Part shown: positions 28,878 through 37,848 of the stretch, piece after piece
Position numbering within the stretch: the stretch's first letter is position 1
How the letters are laid out: every line of letters starts with the position of its first letter
Assembly (NCBI GenBank): GCA_050250895.1
Contig: JBFWNU010000002.1
Span: 503,659 to 567,658 of the forward strand
Direction of reading: 5' to 3'
Origin: Vulcanimicrobiota bacterium
GTDB lineage: Bacteria; Vulcanimicrobiota; Xenobia; Xenobiales; JADMJV01
DNA length: 64,000 nucleotides
Made by a program: the position numbers and the translations under genes
Notes under the pieces: generated by a model
Told to the model about the DNA's origin: nothing
Database searches by the model: none
What the model saw: only the letters and a program-made list of their open reading frames with translations

Positions 28878-29756
28878 ATGAAGATCGCGGCCCGAGTGCT
28901 CATGGGTTGTTTGGTGGCAGCCGTGTTGCTGAGCTACGTTCCCGTCTGGCCGTTGGCCCTGGGCGGCCACTTTCGCGTCCAACAGCTGTTCCTGCTGTTG
29001 GTGCTCACCGGTCTGGTGGCAGCGGCCAAGGAATGGGCCTCGGTGGCGGCCGGCTTGCTGACCAGCCTGCTGGTCTCGGCCAGCTTCCTGCCCTTCTATT
29101 TCGGAGGCCCTCCGGTAGAGGGGCCCACCCGTCGCCTGGTGCTGGTCAACTTTCTTTCAAGTAATCGCAACTACGACATCCTCAAGCAGTTCATCGAGGC
29201 CGAGAATCCAGACTACCTGGCTGTGCTCGAAGTGCGCGAACACCTGGTGCCCACCCTGGAGGGGATGGGATTTCCCTACGGCAAGATTCTGGCCCGCCCC
29301 GATAACTTTGGCATCGCCCTGTTTTCGCGCCACCAGCCGGTCAGCTTCGAGGCCCCAGATTATGGGGCCGGGGTGCCCAGCCTGCTGGCCGACTTCGGTG
29401 ATTTTCGGCTGCTGGCCACCCACCCGCCACCGCCCATCAACTCCACTTATCAGCAGATGGGAGACCGGCACCTGACGGCCCTGGCCGAATGGGTCGAGGG
29501 CACTCCGCTGATTCTGGCTGGAGATCTCAACGCTACCAGCTGGTCGCCCCCTCTGCGTCGCCTCGAGCAAGCCGGTCTGGTCAATTCGCGACGGGGCTTT
29601 GGCGTGCTCACCACCTGGCCCAGCCATCCCCTGTTCTTGCGCATTCCCATTGACCAGGTGCTGGTCAGCCCGACCATCGGCATTGCCGACTGCCGGGTCG
29701 GCCCGGACCTGGGTTCAGACCACCTGCCGCTGGTGGTGGACTTGCGTCTGCCGTAA
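28878..29756 (+). CDS. membrane-anchored endonuclease/exonuclease/phosphatase (EEP) family protein
   Basis: N-terminal TMs; AGDLNA, IPIDQVL, GSDHLPL. Confidence 0.92.
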   Translation: MKIAARVLMGCLVAAVLLSYVPVWPLALGGHFRVQQLFLLLVLTGLVAAAKEWASVAAGLLTSLLVSASFLPFYFGGPPVEGPTRRLVLVNFLSSNRNYDILKQFIEAENPDYLAVLEVREHLVPTLEGMGFPYGKILARPDNFGIALFSRHQPVSFEAPDYGAGVPSLLADFGDFRLLATHPPPPINSTYQQMGDRHLTALAEWVEGTPLILAGDLNATSWSPPLRRLEQAGLVNSRRGFGVLTTWPSHPLFLRIPIDQVLVSPTIGIADCRVGPDLGSDHLPLVVDLRLP

Positions 29757-29833
29757 CCGCAACACTCTGTTCATCCTCGAGCCCTTGGGCCGCGACTAAG
29801 CTAACCTGGCACGCGGAAGACTTGGAGTCTTTC

Positions 29834-30460
29834 ATGTTAGCCTTGAACACCGGGCGCCAGGCCGTCGAACGCGCCCTTTCCCATTTAGCCGAAGCGCGCC
29901 AGTTTAACGACCGCACCACGGAAGAATCGGATCAAGCCAGCCGGGCTGTGGATGGCTATCGTCCGGCTCTCAGGGCCATCGAGTTCGACCGTAACGACCG
30001 CGATGTCTCAGAACACGGAAGGACCATCCGGCGCATCGCTGGCCAGGCGGCCGACCGGGGTGAGGTCGCCGCCGCCGCCCAGGCCCGCTCCGAGAGCTTG
30101 TTAGCCCAGCTCGACGAGGCCCTGGAGGAGGCCCTGGCCGCTACTCAGGGCAACACGCGGGTGCAATCGAGGCTGCTCTCGGCCCGCCACGATATCCTTT
30201 TTGCCATCGATAGCTGCCACACCATCGAAGTTTGTCTTCATCACGGCACGTCTGCCCTCGGCGACCGGCTCGACCCCTATCTAAACGAGGTCGAAGAAGA
30301 CATGCCCGGGCGCGATGTCGGTCGCTTCGCCGAATCGATCGAAGAGCTGTTGCTCGACGGTCGGCAACGTCTGGGCAGCGGCAAGCTCTTCGGCCAGTCG
30401 GTGGCTCGTTCGCTGCTGAGCGCCGAGCAGTACCTGGTGGCCGCCCGCGACGCCCTCTAG
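29834..30460 (+). CDS. helical hypothetical protein with a two-fold internal motif
   Basis: IEFDRNDRDVSEHG / VEEDMPGRDVGRFA; GGAG RBS. Confidence 0.7.
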   Translation: MLALNTGRQAVERALSHLAEARQFNDRTTEESDQASRAVDGYRPALRAIEFDRNDRDVSEHGRTIRRIAGQAADRGEVAAAAQARSESLLAQLDEALEEALAATQGNTRVQSRLLSARHDILFAIDSCHTIEVCLHHGTSALGDRLDPYLNEVEEDMPGRDVGRFAESIEELLLDGRQRLGSGKLFGQSVARSLLSAEQYLVAARDAL

Positions 30461-30499
30461 AGCCAGAGATTTTTCAGGGTGCTGAGTTAGTCTGGTGGG

Positions 30500-33400
30500 G
30501 TGCAGATTCGTCCCTATGGTCAGGTCGGACCACGCCTAACCCGACGCCTGGCTCAGCCGGCCCGGGCTGCCATCGGTTCCAGCGACACCGTCAGCTTGGC
30601 TGTTGGACGGTCAGGCCATGCACCGGTGCCGGTGGCAACGGCCGCGGCGGCGGCCGTGGGGGGACCGGTGGGTCCAACCCTGGCCGAGCGCCTCAAGGAG
30701 CTGCCGGTCGAATACCACCTGAAGAAATGGTTGCGCCTTCCGTTCTGCTCGCCCACCGAGCGGATCACGCCACACCACGCGGCCCAGGCGCTCCAGAACG
30801 TGCCCCACCGTCTGCTGGTCAAAGAGGGTGAGGGCGACCCGGTTCCCCTCAGTAGCCTCGACGACGTGAAGGAACTCGAGGTGTTTTATGGCCTGCGCGA
30901 GCCTTTCGACAAATTGAGCGAGGTTCTTTGCGACACCAGGCTCGAGCCCTATGCCTGGCAAACGCAGGTGACGGCCTACCAGGCCTACAATCTGGCCCAG
31001 AACGGGTGGCCTGAGGCTAAAGTCGAGCCCCAACGCATCACTCTGTTGCGCCAGGGCTTGCCGGTGGCCAACCTCGAGGCCGGTAACCTGGTGCGCGAAC
31101 TGGCCACCGTGCCCTCCAAGAGCCAGGAAATCGACGCCGTTCAGACTCCCGAGCAGCGCCTGACCTATGTGGCCGGCTACAGCAATGACGAGACCATCGC
31201 CGGTCGACTGGGGCAAGCCGGAATGGGTCAGTGGGCTGAGACCATCCAGGAGTTGGCGCGAGACAGCGATCTCGAGACCGCGGCCCGCCTGATGACTACC
31301 ATCGGATTGAGTGACCCTGAGTTTAGCAGCAAGCTCAAGGTAGCCAGTCCGTTCCTCAAAGATCTCGTCTCGGCTCAGAAGTTGCTCGACCTTTATACCA
31401 AAGCACGCCAGGGCGGCGCTTCGGCCGAGCGAGCCAGCCAAACCCTGGCCAGATTTAGCGCCCTGGCAGTTGGCCGCAATTCGGCGGCCCTGGGCTACGC
31501 CGAGGACCTGACCTCGGACCTCGGGTCGTTGGCGGTCTTCAACGACTGTCTCGAGCGACTCTCTGGGGAAGAGGCGGCTCGACTACACCGAGTGCTCGGC
31601 AACAGCAAACTCCAGCCCGGCGACCACTTTCGCCTGCTCGAGCGGACTCCCGCCTTTGGCAAGGAGTATGGCCAGCCGCTGTATACCCGCCCCGAAGCCG
31701 CCTCGGTTTTCGCCCGAGGCCTTACCGGAGTGCTCGAGGCCGGTCGCTCGGCCGATGAAGCGGTGGAGGTTGCCCAGCGTCTTTGGGCCGGAGTGTCGCA
31801 GCTCGACCGCGCTGGTGACTATCTCGAGCCGGCCTGGAACGAGGCAGCCAAACTGGCCGCTGATCCCAAGTCACTCGAACTGTATGCGTCTTTGGTCGAG
31901 GCCAAGTTTCACCCCGAAGCGGCCGCTCACTTGCAAGGGGTGATGAGGGCCACCGGAGCCACCTCGGCCGACTTGAAGTCCATGCAGGCCCTCGATCTGA
32001 TCGAGGGTCCACGGCCTCTCGCCTTCTACACCGTCAAGGAGAAAGCTTGGACCGCCTTCGCCAACTCCAGACGGCCGGACGCCCTCGAGGAGCTGCAGCG
32101 GCTGGGCAAGCACCTGGTTGCCTTGAAACTCGAGGCTCAGCCGGCCGGAGCGGCCTTCGATTACTACGCCGATCACCTGAGTTCCGATGGCCGTAAATTC
32201 GAAGCCTACATGCAGTTGCTCGAAGGAGGCTTTACGCCGGTCGAGGCTCAGCGGACCCAGCAACGGTGGCCCCAGACCGACCTCTCGCAGGTGGCCAGGC
32301 TGGGCGCATCCAGAGCCCCCTCCGAGGTGGTCGACGCCTTCTTGAGCGCCCTCGAGCACCATCCCGCGAATCAAGAACTCAAGCCGCTGGTCGAGGCGGC
32401 CGTGGGGGCCCGATTCGAGTCCAAGTCGCTACTCCAGCTCGCGAACTACTTCGAACAGGCCGGTAACGAGCCGGCCGTGACTCGAACCCTGACCCGGCTG
32501 GTTGGGCATCGCCTGCCCTGCGACCAGGCTATCGCCCTGCTCGAGAAGATGCAGGCGAAGGCCGGCGCGAAAGACCTCGAGCAGCACTTGACCTGGCTCG
32601 AGCAGGCGGGGGCTTTTGTTTCTGACTACGATCATCCTCGCTACCATCAGGCCGAGGCGCCTGCGCACCTTTACTCGGCGCTGTCGGGAATGCTCGAGGC
32701 TGGCATTCCGGCCGGCGAGGCGACAGCGACCATCGTCTCTTGTTGGAGGACGCTGGGCAACGAGCGCAAGTGGAACGACCTGTCCACGGCCTGCGCCCAT
32801 CTCGCCGCTATGGCCTCGGACCGCAAGCAGCTCGAGTCCTACCAGGCCCTTTTGTCCAATCACTTCGACGTACCCCAGGCTCGCCGGGCGGTCGAGCGAC
32901 TGGGGCGTCCCGTAAAGGGCACCGACTTTTCGTTGCGTTGGCAAGACTACCAGGCACTTCAGCTGCATTCGGGGGGCAAACCTCTCAGCTATTACACGGT
33001 CAAGGATGCCTGTCTGACCGCCTACTCGGGGGCGCTCGAGGCCGGTCAAGAAAGGGCCCACACCGTGGCCCAACTGCGGCAGCTCGGCCAGGCACTCGAG
33101 GGCCGCGGGGCCAACGAAGGGCAGCAGGCTTTCGACTTCTATCCTGACTTGATGGCCCATCCGGGTCACTTCGGCACTTACGTCACGTTGCTCAAAGCGG
33201 GTTTTCCGGCCGAACGGGCCATTCAGGCCGTAGGCTCGACCTTCGACTGCGATGCGGATCGTCTGGCCACCGTCCTGACCGGTCTGGGCTCCAGAGGAGA
33301 CCACCTGACCCCCGAGCTGGTCGACAGTTTCCTTAGTGCCTTTCGGGCCACCAACCAGAGCCCGGCCCTGGCTCCGCTGGCCGAGACGGCTGCCCGCCAG

Positions 33401-35251
33401 AAGCTTGAGGGGCCGACTCTGGCTCGGGTGCTCGAACTCTACAGCCAACGGCTGCACTCCCAGCCCCATCCCCTCGGGGCCCTGGTGGCTTTGCTAGAGC
33501 GCGGTCAGGGCCCCCAGGCGCTCCCGGTTCTGGCCGAACTCGAGGCCAATTTGCCAGCCGGTCAATTGCTAGGTCGCATCGACCAGCTCGACCAGCTACA
33601 GGCCTTCTCTAAGGGCTACAGCTCGGCCGGCAACTACGCCACACCGGCCCAGCTCTCGAGCTGTCTCGACCGCCTGGCTGCGGCCGGCCTGAGTCCCAAA
33701 GCTCAGACCTCGACTTGCCAGGCCGTCTGCCAGAAACTGGTCGGCTCGGGCGACCGCCGCGAGGGGCTGCCCCGGGCCCTCCAACACCTGGGTAGCATCG
33801 CCGCCGAGCCGGAGCGCGTCGAAGCCTTCCAGTTGCTGCTCGACCACGATTATCACGCTTCGGGGGCGGCCCAGATCGAGTCACTACTGGCGGAACCCGG
33901 GGCCGGACTGTCGCTCAGCGAGCGGCGCTCGGCCTATGAGAAACTCGGCCTGCTCGAGGCCCCGTCGCCGCTGAGTTTCTATGCCGTGAAGATGGCCAGC
34001 TATAGAACCTGGCGCTCCGTTGCTCAGGCCCGCGATGGCCACACCGCTCTCACCCAGATCGGCAAGCTCAATCAAACGCTGCTTCAGCTCAAGCTCGGCA
34101 GCCCGGACGCCCAGGCCGCCATCGCCGGGGGCGAGAAATACCTGCTGCAGAACGACCAGATTTTTGAGGCTTACCGTGCGCTGCTCGAGGCTGGTTTTGG
34201 CGTTGACGCCTGCCAGCGCGTCCTGGACCAGGCCCATAAGGTTCCGGCCGCAACCACCGCGGCCATCCTGGCCCCCCTGGCCAAGGCGTCTGACCGGGTG
34301 GTCGCGGCCTTTCAGCAATGCGCCGAAGAGACCGCCTCGGCCGGACATGATCCTGCCACTCTCGCTTTCCTGGCGGCCGGCGTTGGGTGTCACGAAGATG
34401 CCGAGGCCGTGAGTCGGGTCAGCTTGAAGCTCTTCAAAGCCCGTCTCGCCGAGCAACCCGAGCTGGCCGAAGCTGCCGGTCGACTGTTGCAGGCCAGAGT
34501 CGGTCCGAAAGCGGTGGCCGAAATCCTGACGGTCTTCGAGTCCAACTCGGCGTCGCCGAATGAGCAATTCGAGGCCCTAGAGGCCTCGGGCGTCTTTCAC
34601 TTCGGTAGCGAGTTGGCCCCTACAATGGCTAAGGGCCTGGCCACTCTGCTGGCCCGAGGACACACCTGCTCGCAGGCGGGCAAGTTGCTGGCGACACGCT
34701 GGCAAAAGGTCAGTCGTTACCAGGACGCCGAGCGCCGCGACGCCCTCGGCTATCTGGCCAGTTCAGAGCACGAAGACCTGTTTTTTGAACTCAGAGACAA
34801 GCATTTCCATAGCCTGCCGGCCGGGCAATTCGCCGACCTGCTCGCCAAGCCCCTGGCCGGTATCGACCTCAAAGCCCGTCTGAGCGCTTTCACCGCTCTG
34901 ACCGAGGGTTCCGAGGTCGGCCGGTTTTACGCCGTCAAAGGCGCGGCCTATCGGCTCTATGCGAAGATGGTCACCGGAGGCGGTAATCCCGACCAGGTGC
35001 CCGGCCTGGTTCGCGACCTGCTCCACCGCATGGACAAGATGGAGCCGGCCAAAGCCCAACGCCTGCTCGACACCCTGCGCCAGCTGCCCAATACCGCTGG
35101 CGCCCTGGCCAACCTTTTGACCCTCGAAGGTGCCGAGGCGATGACCCTGGCCCTACAACAGCTGGAACTACAAGCCGGCGGCGGCAAAAAGCTGGCCATC
35201 GAAGAGGACCTGGTCAACATCGACGGCTTTGAACTAGCCGTGCGAGACTGA
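30500..35251 (+). CDS. 1583-aa alpha-helical protein with four ~320-aa repeats
   Basis: Long ORF; (F/Y)Y(T/A)VK motif at nt 32024, 32990, 33977 and 34925. Confidence 0.88.
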   Translation: MQIRPYGQVGPRLTRRLAQPARAAIGSSDTVSLAVGRSGHAPVPVATAAAAAVGGPVGPTLAERLKELPVEYHLKKWLRLPFCSPTERITPHHAAQALQNVPHRLLVKEGEGDPVPLSSLDDVKELEVFYGLREPFDKLSEVLCDTRLEPYAWQTQVTAYQAYNLAQNGWPEAKVEPQRITLLRQGLPVANLEAGNLVRELATVPSKSQEIDAVQTPEQRLTYVAGYSNDETIAGRLGQAGMGQWAETIQELARDSDLETAARLMTTIGLSDPEFSSKLKVASPFLKDLVSAQKLLDLYTKARQGGASAERASQTLARFSALAVGRNSAALGYAEDLTSDLGSLAVFNDCLERLSGEEAARLHRVLGNSKLQPGDHFRLLERTPAFGKEYGQPLYTRPEAASVFARGLTGVLEAGRSADEAVEVAQRLWAGVSQLDRAGDYLEPAWNEAAKLAADPKSLELYASLVEAKFHPEAAAHLQGVMRATGATSADLKSMQALDLIEGPRPLAFYTVKEKAWTAFANSRRPDALEELQRLGKHLVALKLEAQPAGAAFDYYADHLSSDGRKFEAYMQLLEGGFTPVEAQRTQQRWPQTDLSQVARLGASRAPSEVVDAFLSALEHHPANQELKPLVEAAVGARFESKSLLQLANYFEQAGNEPAVTRTLTRLVGHRLPCDQAIALLEKMQAKAGAKDLEQHLTWLEQAGAFVSDYDHPRYHQAEAPAHLYSALSGMLEAGIPAGEATATIVSCWRTLGNERKWNDLSTACAHLAAMASDRKQLESYQALLSNHFDVPQARRAVERLGRPVKGTDFSLRWQDYQALQLHSGGKPLSYYTVKDACLTAYSGALEAGQERAHTVAQLRQLGQALEGRGANEGQQAFDFYPDLMAHPGHFGTYVTLLKAGFPAERAIQAVGSTFDCDADRLATVLTGLGSRGDHLTPELVDSFLSAFRATNQSPALAPLAETAARQKLEGPTLARVLELYSQRLHSQPHPLGALVALLERGQGPQALPVLAELEANLPAGQLLGRIDQLDQLQAFSKGYSSAGNYATPAQLSSCLDRLAAAGLSPKAQTSTCQAVCQKLVGSGDRREGLPRALQHLGSIAAEPERVEAFQLLLDHDYHASGAAQIESLLAEPGAGLSLSERRSAYEKLGLLEAPSPLSFYAVKMASYRTWRSVAQARDGHTALTQIGKLNQTLLQLKLGSPDAQAAIAGGEKYLLQNDQIFEAYRALLEAGFGVDACQRVLDQAHKVPAATTAAILAPLAKASDRVVAAFQQCAEETASAGHDPATLAFLAAGVGCHEDAEAVSRVSLKLFKARLAEQPELAEAAGRLLQARVGPKAVAEILTVFESNSASPNEQFEALEASGVFHFGSELAPTMAKGLATLLARGHTCSQAGKLLATRWQKVSRYQDAERRDALGYLASSEHEDLFFELRDKHFHSLPAGQFADLLAKPLAGIDLKARLSAFTALTEGSEVGRFYAVKGAAYRLYAKMVTGGGNPDQVPGLVRDLLHRMDKMEPAKAQRLLDTLRQLPNTAGALANLLTLEGAEAMTLALQQLELQAGGGKKLAIEEDLVNIDGFELAVRD

Positions 35252-35358
35252 GCGCTCGCTGCGCTCGCGGGAAAAGGAGCGCTCGCTGCGCTCACGGGAA
35301 AGGAGCGCTCGCTGCGCTCACGGGAAAAGGAGCGAAGCTCGCTGAGTTCGCTCCTTTC
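35250..35358. repeat. three tandem 26-27 bp REP-like units plus terminator-like hairpin
   Basis: GAGCGCTCGCTGCGCTC(G/A)CGGGAAA(A)G x3, then AAAGGAGCGAAGCTC-GCT-GAGTTCGCTCCTTT, between convergent genes. Confidence 0.9.
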
Positions 35359-35426
35359 TAGCGGCGTTAGCGGCTCTCCCTGTCGGCCGCAGGCCGAGGT
35401 CTCCGCGCGAAGCGCCGGCTCCTCGC

Positions 35427-35921
35427 TTAGGAATTCTGGATGATGTTGCCGGTCCAGAGACCGCCGATGCCGCCGCCCAGGGCGCCCCAGAAGATGGCTC
35501 CGCCGGTCAGGGGGTCGGCCGACGCTGCCAGGGCGATTCCGGTGGCGATGCCGGCTACGGCTCCGATGCTGGGAGCGTTCTTCTTCAGGCTGGCCAGGGC
35601 GTTCGGTAGAGCCACGGGCTCGCTTTCGCCGCTGTTGGAAATCAAGTTGCCGACGATGCGGCCGCCCAGGGCGCCGCCGACCGAGCCCCAGAAATAGCTG
35701 CTACCGGTTCCGCCGGTGGTGGCGGCAAAGCCGATGCCGATGGCCGTGCCGGCCAACGAGCCGACGAAGCCGCCGTGGGCCTTGAGAAAGTTGAGAGGAC
35801 CGCCGTTGCCTGAAATCTCGACTTTGTCCTGGGGCGGCTGCGGAGCCGGGCTACCCGGGGTCGGATTGGCGGGCGTGGAGGCTTGATGGACGCGGGGTCC
35901 TTGGATGGCGGTGAGTTTCAT
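35427..35921 (-). CDS. double glycine-zipper protein
   Basis: Two homologous halves ending FWGSVGGALGG..GNLISNS / FWGALGGGIGG..GNIIQNS; AAGGAG RBS. Confidence 0.8.
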   Translation of the reverse strand: MKLTAIQGPRVHQASTPANPTPGSPAPQPPQDKVEISGNGGPLNFLKAHGGFVGSLAGTAIGIGFAATTGGTGSSYFWGSVGGALGGRIVGNLISNSGESEPVALPNALASLKKNAPSIGAVAGIATGIALAASADPLTGGAIFWGALGGGIGGLWTGNIIQNS

Positions 35922-35970
35922 GGGTCGCTCCTTGCTGAATGTAGGTTCAGTCTAGAGCGGCGGCCTCAAA

Positions 35971-36156
35971 CTATGCTGAATCGTCGTCGTCTTGACCCGG
36001 CTTAGGTTTGCAGAACATCGAGATGACCACCAGCGCGGCCAGGGCCAGGTAGGGGCCTCGCTGCAGAGCTATCAAACCGAGGTGGGCCCACGAGAAGGCA
36101 TAGCAGGGAGCCGCCAGCGCGCCGATCAGACCCAGGGATATCAAAATCTTCTTCAT
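35971..36156 (-). CDS. small signal-peptide/TM protein (61 aa)
   Basis: MKKILISLGLIGALAAPCYA, one TM, acidic tail; GAGGAG RBS. Confidence 0.75.
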   Translation of the reverse strand: MKKILISLGLIGALAAPCYAFSWAHLGLIALQRGPYLALAALVVISMFCKPKPGQDDDDSA

Positions 36157-36189
36157 ACCGAAATCTCCTCAAGCGTAGTGCAGTCGTTG

Positions 36190-36480
36190 TCAGCACAGTC
36201 GGGGAGGAGCTCGGCCGAGGCGGCCGCGGCCGTTCGAGGTCTGAGACTTGCGAGGTGGCGCCTCGGGTAGAACCTCGTGGGAAAAAGCACCGGCGGCCGT
36301 GAGCGTGGCCGAGGGGGGCGTGACGGCCAGAGGACCGGGGTCGAGGTCGAGGCTGCACAGCTGTCCGGTCTCGCTGTCGATGGAGGCGGTCTGGCCGTGC
36401 AGGGGAGTGAGGGTAAAACCCACCAGTAGCAAAGCTACCAGGGCGATGAGAGTGGATAGTCTCTTGCTCTTACCGGTCAC
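36190..36480 (-). CDS. small exported protein ending in a RAPP motif (candidate ribosome-arrest leader)
   Basis: Hydrophobic N-terminus; C-terminal RGRLGRAPPRLC; TATACT upstream. Confidence 0.65.
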   Translation of the reverse strand: MTGKSKRLSTLIALVALLLVGFTLTPLHGQTASIDSETGQLCSLDLDPGPLAVTPPSATLTAAGAFSHEVLPEAPPRKSQTSNGRGRLGRAPPRLC

Positions 36481-36509
36481 CGCCTACGAGTATACCACAG
36501 CCGGCGCTG

Positions 36510-37823
36510 TTAGCGTAACCGCTCTTCGACCTTGCGGCGCAATTGCCCGAAGCGAGCCATCTTGGCCCGCTCCGAAAGATTGCCGGCGGCCGAGGTCACC
36601 CCGGCTACCACCAGGCCGACGATGGGGCCTCCGAACAAGCATCCGATACAGCTCAGCAGCTGCCGATTGTCTTCTGACGCATCCTGAAAATGGCAGGGGA
36701 GCCGGTAGATGTTAGAGGTGATGGCTTGGCGCAACGAGGCGGCGCTGCTGCGCAACTCTTCGAGTCGTTGGTCGAAGGCCGGGTCACGAATCACGGCGAA
36801 CTCGGAAAGGTCGGTGCGCAGCCCCTCGGCCTCGGCCAGGCAGATCAGGCCGGGCACCCCCAGGTCGAGCTGGAGCGGGTCCATCGTGACTCCGTCGATG
36901 ACGAAGCGAACCTCGCTCGGCCCCTCCAATCCCAACGGCACGGCCATGGCCTGGCGGCAGGTCAGCGGCATGCCGAGGGGCTGGCGGGGGCCCACCAGCT
37001 GGGTGCAGAAAGTGGGAAAGTTCGAATCCGCGTGGGCGGTGACCGAATGGCATTGATAATAGGCCCCGTCCTCGGGCGTGAGATGGCCGATCTCGGGACT
37101 GGCCACCGCCAGGGTCCCCTCGGCGTCAAGCTCGAGGCGTTGGCCCAGATAGAAGCTCGGGCTCAAGCCCCGGTGCCAGCGGTGCACCAGCGGGCGCGGC
37201 CAGGAGGCCTGTAACCGGTCTTCATTGAGATAGATGGGAACGGCCGAAAAACTACAGCGGGCCAGCACTTTCTGGTGCTCGGCGGCCAGGTTACGGGCCA
37301 GGTTGGTCAGAGTCGAGGGTCGCCGCATGGCGAAGCGAACCCAGCGCTGCTTGCGTCCCGTCGCCCACTCGGGACATTGCTCGAGTCGGACCAGGGCCAG
37401 GTCGTCGGGGGTGATCTCGAGGCCGTAGCCCTGCCCGCTACCCCAGGCCGCCCAGACGATCTTCTCGGGCTTCATGGCCCAGGCAGCGTTGAGGGCCACC
37501 GACAGGTGACGCAAGGCCGGGCTTTCGCCATCGGCCGACGAGAGGGACGAGACGACCTTAGGAGCCTGAAACAAGGGACTGCCTTCCGGCAGAGAACTGG
37601 TGACATCGACCGCCAGGCGATCCAGCCGGATGTCGATCTCTTCGGCCCCCGCCCGGACCAGGCCCTGGACTAGCTTGAGCAGATAAAAACAAGGCTCGGA
37701 GAGCTGGAATTGTCGCAGCTTCTCGCGAGCCTTCTGGAGGTCGACCATGAACTGGCCGCTCGAATCGAGGGTGCCCCCCTGGTCTCTCAGGCTGGATAAC
37801 AGTTGTTCGAGCGAATCGGACAC
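36510..37823 (-). CDS. hypothetical protein (GHKL-like N-terminal family), paralog of 2849..4027
   Basis: DSSGQFMVDLQKAREKLRQFQLSEPCFYLLKLVQ...GLRTDLSEFAVIRD; C-terminal TM. Confidence 0.8.
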   Translation of the reverse strand: MSDSLEQLLSSLRDQGGTLDSSGQFMVDLQKAREKLRQFQLSEPCFYLLKLVQGLVRAGAEEIDIRLDRLAVDVTSSLPEGSPLFQAPKVVSSLSSADGESPALRHLSVALNAAWAMKPEKIVWAAWGSGQGYGLEITPDDLALVRLEQCPEWATGRKQRWVRFAMRRPSTLTNLARNLAAEHQKVLARCSFSAVPIYLNEDRLQASWPRPLVHRWHRGLSPSFYLGQRLELDAEGTLAVASPEIGHLTPEDGAYYQCHSVTAHADSNFPTFCTQLVGPRQPLGMPLTCRQAMAVPLGLEGPSEVRFVIDGVTMDPLQLDLGVPGLICLAEAEGLRTDLSEFAVIRDPAFDQRLEELRSSAASLRQAITSNIYRLPCHFQDASEDNRQLLSCIGCLFGGPIVGLVVAGVTSAAGNLSERAKMARFGQLRRKVEERLR

Positions 37824-37848
37824 CCTCTATTTTTCGGTGTGACTGCGG

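Noticed and set aside
35250-35330. Possible CRISPR array
   Set aside because: Units are directly adjacent with no unique spacers, and there are no cas genes
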